Shown here in pieces: positions 28,429 through 38,809 of a DNA stretch of 64,000 nt. The position numbers were made by a program, and so were the translations under genes. Origin of the DNA: Candidatus Thorarchaeota archaeon (lineage in GTDB: Archaea > Asgardarchaeota > Thorarchaeia > Thorarchaeales > Thorarchaeaceae); assembly GCA_020348985.1 (NCBI GenBank), contig CP070761.1, positions 2,531,445 through 2,595,444 on the forward strand, given 5' to 3'. A model generated the notes under the pieces. That model worked only from the letters and a program-made list of their open reading frames with translations. It did no database searches and was not told the origin of the DNA. How positions within the stretch are numbered: position 1 is the stretch's first letter; each line of letters opens with the position of its first letter.

Positions 28429-29222
28429 TGAGCTGTCTCCTCTTTGAAATCTTGGGCTTCACTAGCCATTTCGTCAATGTGGTCTCTAATGGTCTCTAAC
28501 GATTTCTTCAGATTTGATCTGTTGTCGAATCTGTCAACAATCGCCTTTAGTTCCTTTATAGGTCGTCCCTTATGTTCACGCACGGCTTCAACCAACAATG
28601 GCATACAGCGGACTATATTGTCTACGATCGTTATATTGGAAAAGATGGCTGTTCTGCTCATCGGGTTCAAGTCGATTGTTATGACGAACTTTCCGATCCT
28701 TCGAAGTGCCTCTGTTCGGTCACCGTCTTCCAAGGGAACAAGAACCACATCAGCACTTCCTATTCCATCTGGGTCAACCCTTCTTCGATTACTAGACAAT
28801 TCAGGGATTGTCGTTGAAGGACGATCATGTGTACCAAGAACACGCTTGGCCCCAGCGCCTTTCAGCGCCTCCAAGATTGCATCCTCGCGCTCCTTGCGGT
28901 AGTAGAAGAGATTCACTTCCAACGGGGCCCCCGTCACTTCCGAAAGGAGAACTAAGTCTTCGGGGACTAGGGCGCAGACGTTGCCATTGACACTAATTAC
29001 GGGGTGATCTGCAGTGAGCATTGCAGCTGCTGCAGCATTTATGGCAAGTTTGGTGTAGCTATGAGTTCGTTCGCCAATAAGGTAGTCAAATGCCTCTCCT
29101 CGCCCGTGAGCGAGAAGCCCTGCGGTGGCAACTATGTGTCTCTGATGGCCTTCGATTACTTGCTCTCTTGTTTCGAGGGAGACTCGTCTTGGATGATCGG
29201 GGGGAATCTCTATCGTATCCAT
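28425..29222 (-). CDS. pps: Phosphopantothenate synthetase (archaeal PPS)
   Basis: HPRRVSL, AHGRGEAFDYLIGE, ISVNGN, PLEDGDRTEAL, IDLNPMSRT. Confidence 0.92.
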   Translation of the reverse strand: MDTIEIPPDHPRRVSLETREQVIEGHQRHIVATAGLLAHGRGEAFDYLIGERTHSYTKLAINAAAAAMLTADHPVISVNGNVCALVPEDLVLLSEVTGAPLEVNLFYYRKEREDAILEALKGAGAKRVLGTHDRPSTTIPELSSNRRRVDPDGIGSADVVLVPLEDGDRTEALRRIGKFVITIDLNPMSRTAIFSNITIVDNIVRCMPLLVEAVREHKGRPIKELKAIVDRFDNRSNLKKSLETIRDHIDEMASEAQDFKEETAQ

Positions 29223-30151
29223 TAGACTAAACCTCCACCGCTCTCTGTCAGATTAGTCTGTAGGATTTCTGATTCATCCCAATGGTGTTGTAGCAAAGCA
29301 GCCGCATCTGCCACCTCGTTCTCTCCACAGAAGCAAAACACTGAGTCCCCGAGCATGACCATACTAGACTTCTCATAACCCGCATCTGTGAGTTCTGCAA
29401 GAGCACCTGACACACGTTCTGTCATTAGCCCGATTTTTCCCGAGAACTCTCTGGATACGGAGATGAACTCGTCGAAGGTCGGATTCTGCAACAACTTGGA
29501 GACCGCTTTTTCTCCAGCATCGTTGACAAGACTGCGGGATTTAGGATTGGCCAGCACGTCTCTCGTTTCGAGACCGATCGAACCCGCTAACAAGACTCTT
29601 CTCGAGGCAGGTGGGGTTATGTTGATCACATCACCGTGCCCTGGGCCTCCAGGATGCCTTCGAATCTCTAGCCCACCCATTGTCTGAGCCAAGACATCAC
29701 CGAGCCCGGTCTTATTCACAATTTCTGCCAAATGGGCATACTGAGCGGCTTTTGTGGGACCTATATTCTCGTCAATGATGTGAGCAAGTGCGAGAGCGGT
29801 CCCCAAGGCTGCGGCCCCAGAAGCTCCGAAGCCCACACCGACTGGTATCGAAGATGTGTGTTGAACACTCACCTTGAACTGCATCTCGTAATCTTCCAAC
29901 AAACTTCGTACCACCGTTTCCGTCACAGGAGCTTCTATTCTCTCGTCATTGAAATCTACTATAATACCCAGTGTGTCATCTTTCACTGCTTCTACTTCGG
30001 TGATGATCCCGGCTTCTACCGAGAAACCCGCCCCCCTTGAGCCACTCATCAGAGGGTCCTCATACGTGTCGTGAATACTGAACATACCTGTGATATGTCC
30101 GGGCACAAACGCACGAGCCCTTTCTGCGTGTCTGCTCAAAGTGTTCGTCAT
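29222..30151 (-). CDS. pok: Pantoate kinase (GHMP family)
   Basis: PGHITG, GSRGAG, GFGASGA, TGLGDV, MVMLG; ATG at 30151 chosen as start. Confidence 0.9.
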   Translation of the reverse strand: MTNTLSRHAERARAFVPGHITGMFSIHDTYEDPLMSGSRGAGFSVEAGIITEVEAVKDDTLGIIVDFNDERIEAPVTETVVRSLLEDYEMQFKVSVQHTSSIPVGVGFGASGAAALGTALALAHIIDENIGPTKAAQYAHLAEIVNKTGLGDVLAQTMGGLEIRRHPGGPGHGDVINITPPASRRVLLAGSIGLETRDVLANPKSRSLVNDAGEKAVSKLLQNPTFDEFISVSREFSGKIGLMTERVSGALAELTDAGYEKSSMVMLGDSVFCFCGENEVADAAALLQHHWDESEILQTNLTESGGGLV

Positions 30152-30239
30152 GTGTTCTCTTGTAGACCACAGTATAAAGTAATCCATTACATCCAGTGAT
30201 GGGTATATACTGGTATATACATTATGCATTTTCTCGTCG

Positions 30240-31085
30240 CTACTGGCCTTGCTGCCTAAGGGGCACTAGGCTTGTATACTGCTTAACCCTCGGGTCCTTG
30301 GACTGAGCGGCGGGATATGCCCAACGAGCATCAATGTCGCGACCACTGAGATCGTAGAGATTGAAGCTTCCAGAAGACCACGTGAGCGGACTGAATCCAA
30401 GAAGTAGTGTCTGAGTTCTCCAGCTAGTAACCACTAAATGACGATTCATTCCGGCGGTAGGTGCCACGAGAAATGCGTTTGATAACTCCATCAAAAGAGA
30501 GGTACTAATCCTGTAGAAGAAGCTGTATGTCTTCCTGTGTTCTTCAGCGCCCTGATCTCGGAGGTCATTCAGGTATCTTGTGATTGTTTCATCGTGAACG
30601 GCAGGGTCAAGAACGTCTGACAATGACTCAACGTCAACGACAACTGCTGTTTCGAAGTAGTAGGCTAGAGGAAACTCTGTCAAGTGGACAATGATGAATT
30701 TGTCCTTGGTGATTGTCTCATAGAGATGCTGGAAGATGGCCTGTTTGGAGAAGAGCAGAGACGGATCGAGCTCTGCTGGCTCGAAGTTTTCGGACGCCTC
30801 CGACACTACGAGCCGAAACATATCGTCCAACATGTCGCCATCGTAACCGATTCTCACTAGGTAGTAAGGAAGGTCTCTCAAGTTCCCTCTCTTCTGCCCT
30901 GTCAATTCCAGGAAGCTGTTGAAGTCACGTAGGAAAGTCTCAACCTCATTGTCATTGTCCAACACAAAGAGAGACTGTCCGGGAGTGCCAAGAGTCGATA
31001 TGACCTTTCTGTATGCTTGAAATCTGGCCCGCTGCTCTGAATCGAGCTTGCTGAGAATGGAGTCGATGTCAGGAGATTCGGCCAA
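30240..31085 (-). CDS. Hypothetical protein
   Basis: 281-aa ORF with GAAGGTG RBS; no family recognised. Confidence 0.55.
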   Translation of the reverse strand: MAESPDIDSILSKLDSEQRARFQAYRKVISTLGTPGQSLFVLDNDNEVETFLRDFNSFLELTGQKRGNLRDLPYYLVRIGYDGDMLDDMFRLVVSEASENFEPAELDPSLLFSKQAIFQHLYETITKDKFIIVHLTEFPLAYYFETAVVVDVESLSDVLDPAVHDETITRYLNDLRDQGAEEHRKTYSFFYRISTSLLMELSNAFLVAPTAGMNRHLVVTSWRTQTLLLGFSPLTWSSGSFNLYDLSGRDIDARWAYPAAQSKDPRVKQYTSLVPLRQQGQ

Positions 31086-31310
31086 GCATACTGCACCTTC
31101 TGCTGTTATGATTGAAGGGTATCGGTTTTTGCTGTACGTATATTCTCAGGAACTCGCCTTTTGCGTCCCTGTATGCGGTGCTTCCACTAGGGGGTGCACT
31201 CTGGACATGAGGCTTGAAACCAACCCACTCATATATTCTTCGACGACCTCTATCTTCTCGACACGCTACCTTCAAATAGATTCGCTAGATGAGCACTTGA
31301 TTGAAGGCGG

Positions 31311-32567
31311 ATGACGAACATAGACATTCACACTTCAAAGCTCATCATTGGCTCGAAGAGTAGTCTGCTTGGCGGACGGTTGGTAGCCTTGTGTGTAACA
31401 GGTAGTGTGGCCGCCGTTGATTGTGTTGCCATTGCGCGCGGAATCATGCGACATGGTGCTGAAGTTCATTGTGTGATGAGCCGGATGGCCCAGAAAATCA
31501 TCCATCCATATCTACTTGAGTGGGCCACCGGAAATCCCGTCGTTACTGAACTCACTGGTAAAATCGAACATGTCACTCTTGCCGGCAAACATGAAGGTAG
31601 GGTCGACTTGGTTTTGGTCGCTCCTTCAACGGCAAACACAATAGGAAAGATCGCCAACGGAATTGACGACACTACGGTGACCACAACCGTTTCGTCGGCA
31701 ATTGGTGCCCGCATCCCCGTCGTAATAGTACCTGCAATGCACGAGTCGCTTTATGATCATCCTGCAGTGAATGAAAACATCGAGAAGCTAAGGAGAATGG
31801 GTGTGATTGTACTCGCTCCAAGAATGGAAGAAGCCAAGGCCAAGATTCCGAAGACGAACACGATAATCGATGAAGTCCTTGCTGTTCTTGGCCCCAAAGA
31901 CCTGGACGGCAAGAGGTTTGTAGTCACGGCAGGACCTAACAGAGCCTGGATTGACACTGTAAGGTTTGTCTCGAACCCGTCAACCGGTAAGATGGGAATC
32001 GCGATAACAGAAGAGCTACTTGGTAGGGGAGCAGAGGTTACACTAGTAATCGGACCTACTGTGCAGGAGCTACCGGAGAGAGCAACAACAAAGTCTGTGG
32101 AGACGGCCCAACAGATGCTAGAGGTGGTGATGGACTCCGTGACCAACGAATGTGACGCATTCATATCGTCCGCGGCAGTTCTGGACTACGTTCCGGCGAA
32201 GAAAGAACCTGGCAAGATCAGCTCGGGAGACAAGAGTCTGACACTTGAGCTTGTGCCTACAAAGAAGATTATCGATGAAGTCAGGAAAGCCCACAACAAG
32301 ATGTACATTGTCGGGTTCAAGGTAGAGTCCGGGGTCACAGATGATGAACTTGAATCTCGGGCAAGGACTAAGATAGATTCTGGTGTCTGTGATATTGTAA
32401 TTGCCAATGATTCAGAGCGAGCGGGTGTCGCCTTTGCCGGAGAAACAAACGAAGTGCTGATAGTTGGGAAGACAGGCATCATCGATAGAGTTACTCTAAC
32501 AACTAAGAGAGAAGTTGCACGTCGTATAGTAAATGTTCTAGCAAGCGAACTGCAGCAGCAGAAGTGA
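31311..32567 (+). CDS. coaBC: Phosphopantothenoylcysteine decarboxylase/ligase (Dfp)
   Basis: VTGSVAA, APSTANT, PAMH, SNPSTGKMG, AAVLDY, VGFKVE. Confidence 0.95.
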   Translation: MTNIDIHTSKLIIGSKSSLLGGRLVALCVTGSVAAVDCVAIARGIMRHGAEVHCVMSRMAQKIIHPYLLEWATGNPVVTELTGKIEHVTLAGKHEGRVDLVLVAPSTANTIGKIANGIDDTTVTTTVSSAIGARIPVVIVPAMHESLYDHPAVNENIEKLRRMGVIVLAPRMEEAKAKIPKTNTIIDEVLAVLGPKDLDGKRFVVTAGPNRAWIDTVRFVSNPSTGKMGIAITEELLGRGAEVTLVIGPTVQELPERATTKSVETAQQMLEVVMDSVTNECDAFISSAAVLDYVPAKKEPGKISSGDKSLTLELVPTKKIIDEVRKAHNKMYIVGFKVESGVTDDELESRARTKIDSGVCDIVIANDSERAGVAFAGETNEVLIVGKTGIIDRVTLTTKREVARRIVNVLASELQQQK

Positions 32568-32585
32568 TATCATATTCGTGAAGAT

Positions 32586-32960
32586 TCAGAGTATCTCTAG
32601 TAGGCTCTGCGCCATGCGCTTCATATCAACGAAGATTAGTCCAAGTTGAGCATCGGACTTTGCAAGAACAAGAAGAAGTGCATCATCACCAACTGATGTC
32701 AAGAGAGTATAGCCTTTCTCGCCTTTGACGTAGATTTCCATGAGCGCTCCACGGTCAAGCTCACCGGTGGCCTTGTCTCCTAATGAAAGCATTGCGGCAC
32801 TGATCGCTGCAATCCTCTCTTGTTCACTCTCGGGGAGTGCGGAGGATATCATCAAGCCATCTTGTGACACAAGTGCGGCGCCCTCAACGCCGGGCACTGT
32901 TTCAAAGTCCCTGATCGTTTTGTTAATCCTATCCACTCGACTGGACATGACGTCGCTCAC
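32586..32960 (-). CDS. Roadblock/LC7 (MglB-like) protein
   Basis: GVEGAALVSQDGLMISSALP...IAAISAAMLSLG...KGEKGY...LGLIF. Confidence 0.9.
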   Translation of the reverse strand: MSDVMSSRVDRINKTIRDFETVPGVEGAALVSQDGLMISSALPESEQERIAAISAAMLSLGDKATGELDRGALMEIYVKGEKGYTLLTSVGDDALLLVLAKSDAQLGLIFVDMKRMAQSLLEIL

Positions 32961-33043
32961 CCGAAATGCCTCTAGCTCAGTTTGCGCAGATTTAAAGCTT
33001 TGTCGTTGAGAGAGGTTTAGAGCTGTTGAAAAGGCGGTGTGAT

Positions 33044-36000
33044 CTATACGTCAAAGAACTCCTTGGCATCAAATCGCTCTTCTCGTTCTCGACGCCTCTT
33101 TTCAGCCTCTTTCTCTCGACGCCGCGCTTCTTTCTCCCGTTCTCGGTCCCTTTTACGGTTATCACGTGGTTTCTTACTTGATCTCTTGAGGAGAGGTTCT
33201 TGTCGCCTCCTTTTTAGAGCGGCCCAGCCAATCATGGCTGCGATGAAGACACCACCGAGAATCGCCACTGTCAAGATAGGAGAAGGACGAATGAACATGA
33301 AATCTGATATCTCAACCGTGAGCGAATCATATCCAGCCTTCATTGCCAGAATTGTGATGCTGAAGGGACCCGTCCTACCAGTTGTCCACTCTTCGGATAA
33401 TAGGATAGTGTAGGTGCCCTGTGTACCTTCTTGGACCCCCACCTCAGTTTGATTGATCAATGAGCTCACTAATGCGCCGGTTATGGGGTCACCTACCTGG
33501 TCGATCAGCGTGAAGTTTATCCTGACACGGTCCCCTTCCCAGATAACCGTCTGACTCAGGTCAATGTCCGACAGTATTATCGAGGGAGCTCGCCTCCAGG
33601 CCAACGCATTCTCTAGGGTTCTGTTCTTCTCCAGCCCTGATGGATTCGTTGTGGTAAGCCCTATTTTCCCTGTTCCGACTGTCGACGCGATTATCACTGG
33701 ATTTGTGCCATCTGTAGCCACTACGCTGAAGTTGACCCAATGTGAATCGAAATGCCCTTGGTAGTCGACAACTGGCCCCAGAGAGTTCGGCTCTGAGACC
33801 AGAGGGTGGCCATCGTCTACTACAGTAATTGTCGAACCCGTTTCTGAGCTTGCGTAGGACACCGGCCATGGTAGCCAATCTAGGTTCCCGGTTGCTCCAA
33901 GGACAATAATTGTACCGCCGTTGGTCACAAACTCGGCGATGTCCGAGGAGATTGTGTTCATTGAGTTCTCAAGTGAGTCCAGTGATGAAGGCTCCATGAT
34001 CACAATCTTGTGAAGCGAGATTAGGTTGGTGAAGTCACTGAAGTTAGTTGATTCATAGTAGTCAAAATCTGCATCGAGAGCAGCAAGTCCCGTGGGCAAG
34101 TAGTTAGAATAACCAAGCGCAGCCACTTCGTGTACACCCCTTCCAGGTATGTGACCGTCGAGAACCAATGCGAGAGGATCAACTGCGGCTATATGCGGTG
34201 TCGCGTCAGGGTTGAACAGGTATGTTTCGGGATCACCATAAAGGATCTGTTGATTGGCGTAGTCAGGGGGGTCAAGATCAATGATTGGGTCGGTATAGTC
34301 AACTGATGTTGCTGCTAGCGCTCGATTGAGAGACAAGCCAGTACTATTACCATCTACAATGTTCTCTGTGAAAATGACTGAAAGCAGTCCACCAGCACGG
34401 AAATACACTGTTCTTGGTGCTGCGATCACGCCAGCCGCGCCATGCTCCATGAGTACTCGAGGAAGTCTTGATCCTCCCAAGAGACATGCAGTCACATGTA
34501 CGATTGTCGAGCCAATGTTACCAACACTCTGTTGAAGGTCATCTGTTGTGAGAAGCACGTGTCTTGGGTTCTCCAAGGGCCAAACGTATGGATTAACGAG
34601 TCCATTGTCATCACCATCTTGTACGGTCAGAGATACCTCATACCCATAGTCTTCGTCTTCATCCCGAAGTGAGAATATACCCACACCATCGGGTCTCATC
34701 GGAGGGTCTGTTGGAAAGACAGTGAGTGTGCCGTGAGTGCTGAGAGACCAGAAACCCACTTGTGAGCGTAATGCCTCAAAGACTTCGTCAGAGCCGATGT
34801 GATATTCCACTGCAAAACCTGCAGATTCAAGCGAATCGGTGAGGTCATCCACCTGATAGATTGTGTGTAAGTTATCGTAGTTGTCCTGCTGTCTGCCTCC
34901 GTGCGTGTAAGCATAAAGCGAGAGAAGGGAGGTGTCGGCAGAGTCCGATGTTTCGAATAGGAAGCGGTGTAGGACACCTCTTGAAATCATGACAGAGGCC
35001 GTCTCCGCGGACAGGGCAGGAATCCTTCCTGGGGAGAAGTGGGTTTGAAGTGACCTGTCGAAGCTCGCTTTTAGAAGGTCAATGGGTGAGACTATGAGCA
35101 GTGTCTGAATTGAAGTTGAATTGTAGGCACCTCTGTCTGTTAGAAAGCTCTCAAACTCTTGTGCAGAGTTTCTCATTGAGTAGATGTTTGGAATGCGTTC
35201 ATCGTACCACCCATTCTCAGTACGTGTTGTATACTGATTCTGAACATAGACTTCAATCTCAGGGCCAATGAGATAAGGAGCCCACGTTTCCTCAGCACGT
35301 GTAGTTATGGTGTTGTCATCACCTGCTAGTGAGAAAACGGGCCCACCATGTGCGGCCCCGGCAAACGCAGAAGCGCTGAAGAATTCATTTCCAGTTCCTA
35401 GCGGAAGTGATACTATGACGTCCGATTGACCGGACAGTGATTGTATCATGTTGGATAGCATGGGGTAGTTAGCAATGTTGACAAACAGATACTCTGAACT
35501 CAATGAAGTCTCCAAAGAGCTGGAGTGAAAATCAAGAGGATCAACCAAAATGCAGCTAGAAACACCTAGTCGGTCGAGTGCCCATTGCGTGGCAGATGGA
35601 ATTTCCGTCGGAGTTACATAAAGCAAGGGAGAATTGAGTTGAGACGCCAGAACTGCTCCATTGGCAGCTGACTCCAAATAGGCTGTGAGATCCTGTGGAA
35701 TCTGAGAAATAGACCAAGAAAGATCTGCGTTATTCACTTCTTCTGTTGCATCCATCCAGCCGACGACTATGTTCCATTGCCCTGGCATTGGATATGAAAT
35801 CTGAATGTCCTCCCTTCCGGGTTTGGACAGTATACTGCCCACAGGCGCCCAAGCAACAAGTCTGCCACTTGGATCAACCATTGCCATGTTTAGGTCAGTT
35901 GCAGCATTGTCCCAATTGAGAGTCACGTTCAGCCAAGATGCATCTGAAGGAACATCTACAGTGTGAGTGAAACCTGGATGGTATTTGATTTCAGAATCGA

Positions 36001-36907
36001 AACTCACCGGGTCGGCGACGAAGGATTCGGGATCAATCTCCAAGGTCCACTCCCCACTCACTGTATTTGGTACCCAGAAGTAGAGCGGGACCGGGCTTGG
36101 AGCGTAATTGCGCTCTGCGAAAACCTGCCTGTACAAAGAGTAGTCCATGACAACACCATTAGGGTCCGTAAGTGTATGTACAAACAGATCGGATCCGGTC
36201 CAGTTGAACTTCCCTTCAATCCATCCCACATTGGGCGAAGAAGTGAAATCAAACGTTACGGGGTTGGGCGTCGTAGCAACTATACTGGGGGAGACAACTG
36301 AGACCTGTGCTCCCGAGAATGTATACTCATAGGAACCTTCAGTCACAGTGGGCTCTTGGAACTGATCCTGTGACAGGGCTAACACTGCCGTATCTGTGGA
36401 GGCCCATTCGGCCACAGCAAGCCTAGCTGCAATTTGACTGGAGGAGGCCCCCTTCAGCTGAGGGTATACTTGTGTTCCAATGATGCCCTGCATCTTCATG
36501 ATGTAGTTGTGACTGAAATCACCGATCCCAATCGCCTGCGTAGTGCCTCCATCTTCATCCAAGTACTCGACCCAATCCTGAATTAGCCAGCCTTCACTAT
36601 CAGATTCAGAAACATGAATGACGGGAGAGATATAGTGTGTGCCCCCATACCAGAAGGTTGCAGTTGGGACAGCGGCCATGTACGCAAAATCATCAATGTA
36701 GGAGAGGGGATCAGATTGGACTAGTGTAATTCGACGAAGTGGTACGGGGTCTGGACTATTCCGGTAGGCGGCATCAGTACGGATTGTGCCATAGCTGTAA
36801 GGCGCGGGATTTGAAGTAATATGCACAAACCCCAGAGGGAGGAATGGTGATACGAAGATAATCGCTGCAAAAAGAACCGAGATTGTAAGTCTGCCAGGAA
36901 AATTCAT
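33044..36907 (-). CDS. Large membrane-anchored multidomain protein with peptidase C25 (gingipain-like) domain
   Basis: Signal peptide; CWB2-like segments flanking two beta-sandwich repeats; STHG and TACLLG candidate dyad; ILYGDP; TM then highly charged tail. Confidence 0.65.
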   Translation of the reverse strand: MNFPGRLTISVLFAAIIFVSPFLPLGFVHITSNPAPYSYGTIRTDAAYRNSPDPVPLRRITLVQSDPLSYIDDFAYMAAVPTATFWYGGTHYISPVIHVSESDSEGWLIQDWVEYLDEDGGTTQAIGIGDFSHNYIMKMQGIIGTQVYPQLKGASSSQIAARLAVAEWASTDTAVLALSQDQFQEPTVTEGSYEYTFSGAQVSVVSPSIVATTPNPVTFDFTSSPNVGWIEGKFNWTGSDLFVHTLTDPNGVVMDYSLYRQVFAERNYAPSPVPLYFWVPNTVSGEWTLEIDPESFVADPVSFDSEIKYHPGFTHTVDVPSDASWLNVTLNWDNAATDLNMAMVDPSGRLVAWAPVGSILSKPGREDIQISYPMPGQWNIVVGWMDATEEVNNADLSWSISQIPQDLTAYLESAANGAVLASQLNSPLLYVTPTEIPSATQWALDRLGVSSCILVDPLDFHSSSLETSLSSEYLFVNIANYPMLSNMIQSLSGQSDVIVSLPLGTGNEFFSASAFAGAAHGGPVFSLAGDDNTITTRAEETWAPYLIGPEIEVYVQNQYTTRTENGWYDERIPNIYSMRNSAQEFESFLTDRGAYNSTSIQTLLIVSPIDLLKASFDRSLQTHFSPGRIPALSAETASVMISRGVLHRFLFETSDSADTSLLSLYAYTHGGRQQDNYDNLHTIYQVDDLTDSLESAGFAVEYHIGSDEVFEALRSQVGFWSLSTHGTLTVFPTDPPMRPDGVGIFSLRDEDEDYGYEVSLTVQDGDDNGLVNPYVWPLENPRHVLLTTDDLQQSVGNIGSTIVHVTACLLGGSRLPRVLMEHGAAGVIAAPRTVYFRAGGLLSVIFTENIVDGNSTGLSLNRALAATSVDYTDPIIDLDPPDYANQQILYGDPETYLFNPDATPHIAAVDPLALVLDGHIPGRGVHEVAALGYSNYLPTGLAALDADFDYYESTNFSDFTNLISLHKIVIMEPSSLDSLENSMNTISSDIAEFVTNGGTIIVLGATGNLDWLPWPVSYASSETGSTITVVDDGHPLVSEPNSLGPVVDYQGHFDSHWVNFSVVATDGTNPVIIASTVGTGKIGLTTTNPSGLEKNRTLENALAWRRAPSIILSDIDLSQTVIWEGDRVRINFTLIDQVGDPITGALVSSLINQTEVGVQEGTQGTYTILLSEEWTTGRTGPFSITILAMKAGYDSLTVEISDFMFIRPSPILTVAILGGVFIAAMIGWAALKRRRQEPLLKRSSKKPRDNRKRDREREKEARRREKEAEKRRREREERFDAKEFFDV

Positions 36908-37014
36908 TCCAAAACACCCTGCGAGATTGTCAAAATATGCGAGCGATACAATTTGACTTTTCCCGCTTAAGGATTCACATTTGACGCTGTTAGTAGACTC
37001 GCCTATGTGGACAA

Positions 37015-37911
37015 CTATTCGACATCGTCGAGTTCTAGAAGATCTTCATCGAAGTCTTCGTCTTCCATTTCATCTTCCTCAGGAAGCGCATCACGAATAT
37101 CATCTATGGCAGGCCGGAGTCGTCTACGAGTACCCTTGGGGACATCCCACATCATTTGCTCAGCCCTGTCAATGACCTCTCTGGATATGTCAAGTATTTC
37201 AGCGTTTAGGTAGCATTGAGCCGCCTCTACAAAGCATTCAGCTGCTTTTCGAACATTCCCTTGGGTCTCTGCAATTTCCCCAAGCAGGGATAGAACATCT
37301 GCAATACCTGCGTTGTCGTCCAGATCCCTATAGATCTTCAACGCTTTCCTGAATGTCTTCTCAGCTTCCTCAGTGTTCTGCTGGTCCTGATATGCATTGC
37401 CTATGTCTACAAGTGTGACGGCTACACCTTGCTCATTTTCAACTGTCTTGTAGGCTCGTTGTGCCTTCTTGAAGAAGTCCATAGCTTTGTCAAAGTCACC
37501 TTGTCCTAGACTTGCCAACGCCACACCGTACATTGCATCAGCTGCGCCGTCCTTGTTTCCAAGCTTTTGGAACAAATCCATGGCTTTTTGGCAAGTTATG
37601 ACCGCTTCAGTCCATCTCTCTAGGTTGATCTGTGCGACACCAAGATTGTACGTTGTGTCACTGATTCCGGTCTCATCCTTCAACTTCTTGTAAAGGCTCA
37701 ATGATTTCTCGAAGCAATCAAGCGCCTCTTCAAACTCTGCGACGGACATGTATACATTTCCGGCTGCATTGTAAATCCTCGCTGCGACAGTCTCCTCTCC
37801 TGCTTCTTGAGCTGCAGCGGCTTCTTCGATGAGAAGTGCCGGGTCCAAATCGTCCATATCTTGTTCGTCGTCGCTCAAAGATTTCACCAAACCTTGTTCT
37901 CTCCGGTCCAA
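37015..37911 (-). CDS. TPR-repeat protein with acidic termini
   Basis: About five ~40-aa TPR units (e.g. YNLGVAQINLERWTEA, DIGNAYQDQQNTEEAEKTFRKAL). Confidence 0.85.
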   Translation of the reverse strand: MDRREQGLVKSLSDDEQDMDDLDPALLIEEAAAAQEAGEETVAARIYNAAGNVYMSVAEFEEALDCFEKSLSLYKKLKDETGISDTTYNLGVAQINLERWTEAVITCQKAMDLFQKLGNKDGAADAMYGVALASLGQGDFDKAMDFFKKAQRAYKTVENEQGVAVTLVDIGNAYQDQQNTEEAEKTFRKALKIYRDLDDNAGIADVLSLLGEIAETQGNVRKAAECFVEAAQCYLNAEILDISREVIDRAEQMMWDVPKGTRRRLRPAIDDIRDALPEEDEMEDEDFDEDLLELDDVE

Positions 37912-37943
37912 GACACCTCGCTTTTGATTCTTTCTAAGTGTGC

Positions 37944-38645
37944 TTAGCGTCGCATGATAAGGACAGGATTCTCTAGAAAGTGCTTCACAGGATCTCTCAC
38001 GACGAAGCGTTCATCTCCAACTTCAACTTCAAGGAGCTTTCTCAATTCGAATCTTCGGAGATAGCCAACCGCTTGCTCGCGTGGGAGATTCAAATCAGAC
38101 ATTAGATTCTTCAGTCCCTTCTTCTGACCACTGAATTCTGCAAGCTTGCTGAAGACCGAACTCCACTGCATCATCGTCAGATAGAGCAAAGTCCTCAACA
38201 TGCTATCAACATTCTTTCCGGTCTCCGCCGAAACCGGTATGACAGGAAGTCCAGCTAGGAATCTCATGCTCTTTCTTAGATGATCGACAGGACGGGCTGT
38301 GTCAAGGTCCTGCTTATTTGCCGCAACAACACATGGAACTCCGGGTAGGAAGAACGCAATCTCGCGGAAGAAGAGCTTGGCGCGTGCATCAGATTCAGGG
38401 TCTACCGAATCTACGACGAAAATGATCCCGTCAGCCCCCTCACTGAGAATCTTGCGCATAGTCCTGAACCTCAAGAGTCCTGGTGTGCCGAAAAGGAACA
38501 CACTGAGCCCGTCTATGTTTGCTAGGCCATGATCCATGGCGATTGTTGTCCCTCCGCGTTCAACATTGATACAGGATCCATCAGTAATATGATAAATCAT
38601 CTTGCTCTTTCCAGATTCGAAGGGACCGGTTACGACTAGTTTCAT
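37944..38645 (-). CDS. Small GTPase (conservon CvnD/MglA-related) with C-terminal winged-helix-like domain
   Basis: GPFESGKS, TTIAMDHG, LFGTPGL, NKQD, SAETG; ATG at 38645. Confidence 0.8.
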   Translation of the reverse strand: MKLVVTGPFESGKSKMIYHITDGSCINVERGGTTIAMDHGLANIDGLSVFLFGTPGLLRFRTMRKILSEGADGIIFVVDSVDPESDARAKLFFREIAFFLPGVPCVVAANKQDLDTARPVDHLRKSMRFLAGLPVIPVSAETGKNVDSMLRTLLYLTMMQWSSVFSKLAEFSGQKKGLKNLMSDLNLPREQAVGYLRRFELRKLLEVEVGDERFVVRDPVKHFLENPVLIMRR

Positions 38646-38809
38646 ACTGCGACACCGTGCAATGCTCAAGCATGCGATAGAGTGCAAGTATCATCGCCGT
38701 TGTTAAATCCTTTTGCCGTGTTTCATTGACAGCGTTTCTGCGCAAAACATCATTGATATCGATACTGGGCTGAAAAGCTGGTGGAGAGACCGGCCGCTTG
38801 CGGCAGCAA

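Noticed and set aside
33039-33413. Arg/Ser-rich plus-strand ORF
   Set aside because: Antisense shadow of the charged tail of the 1287-aa protein
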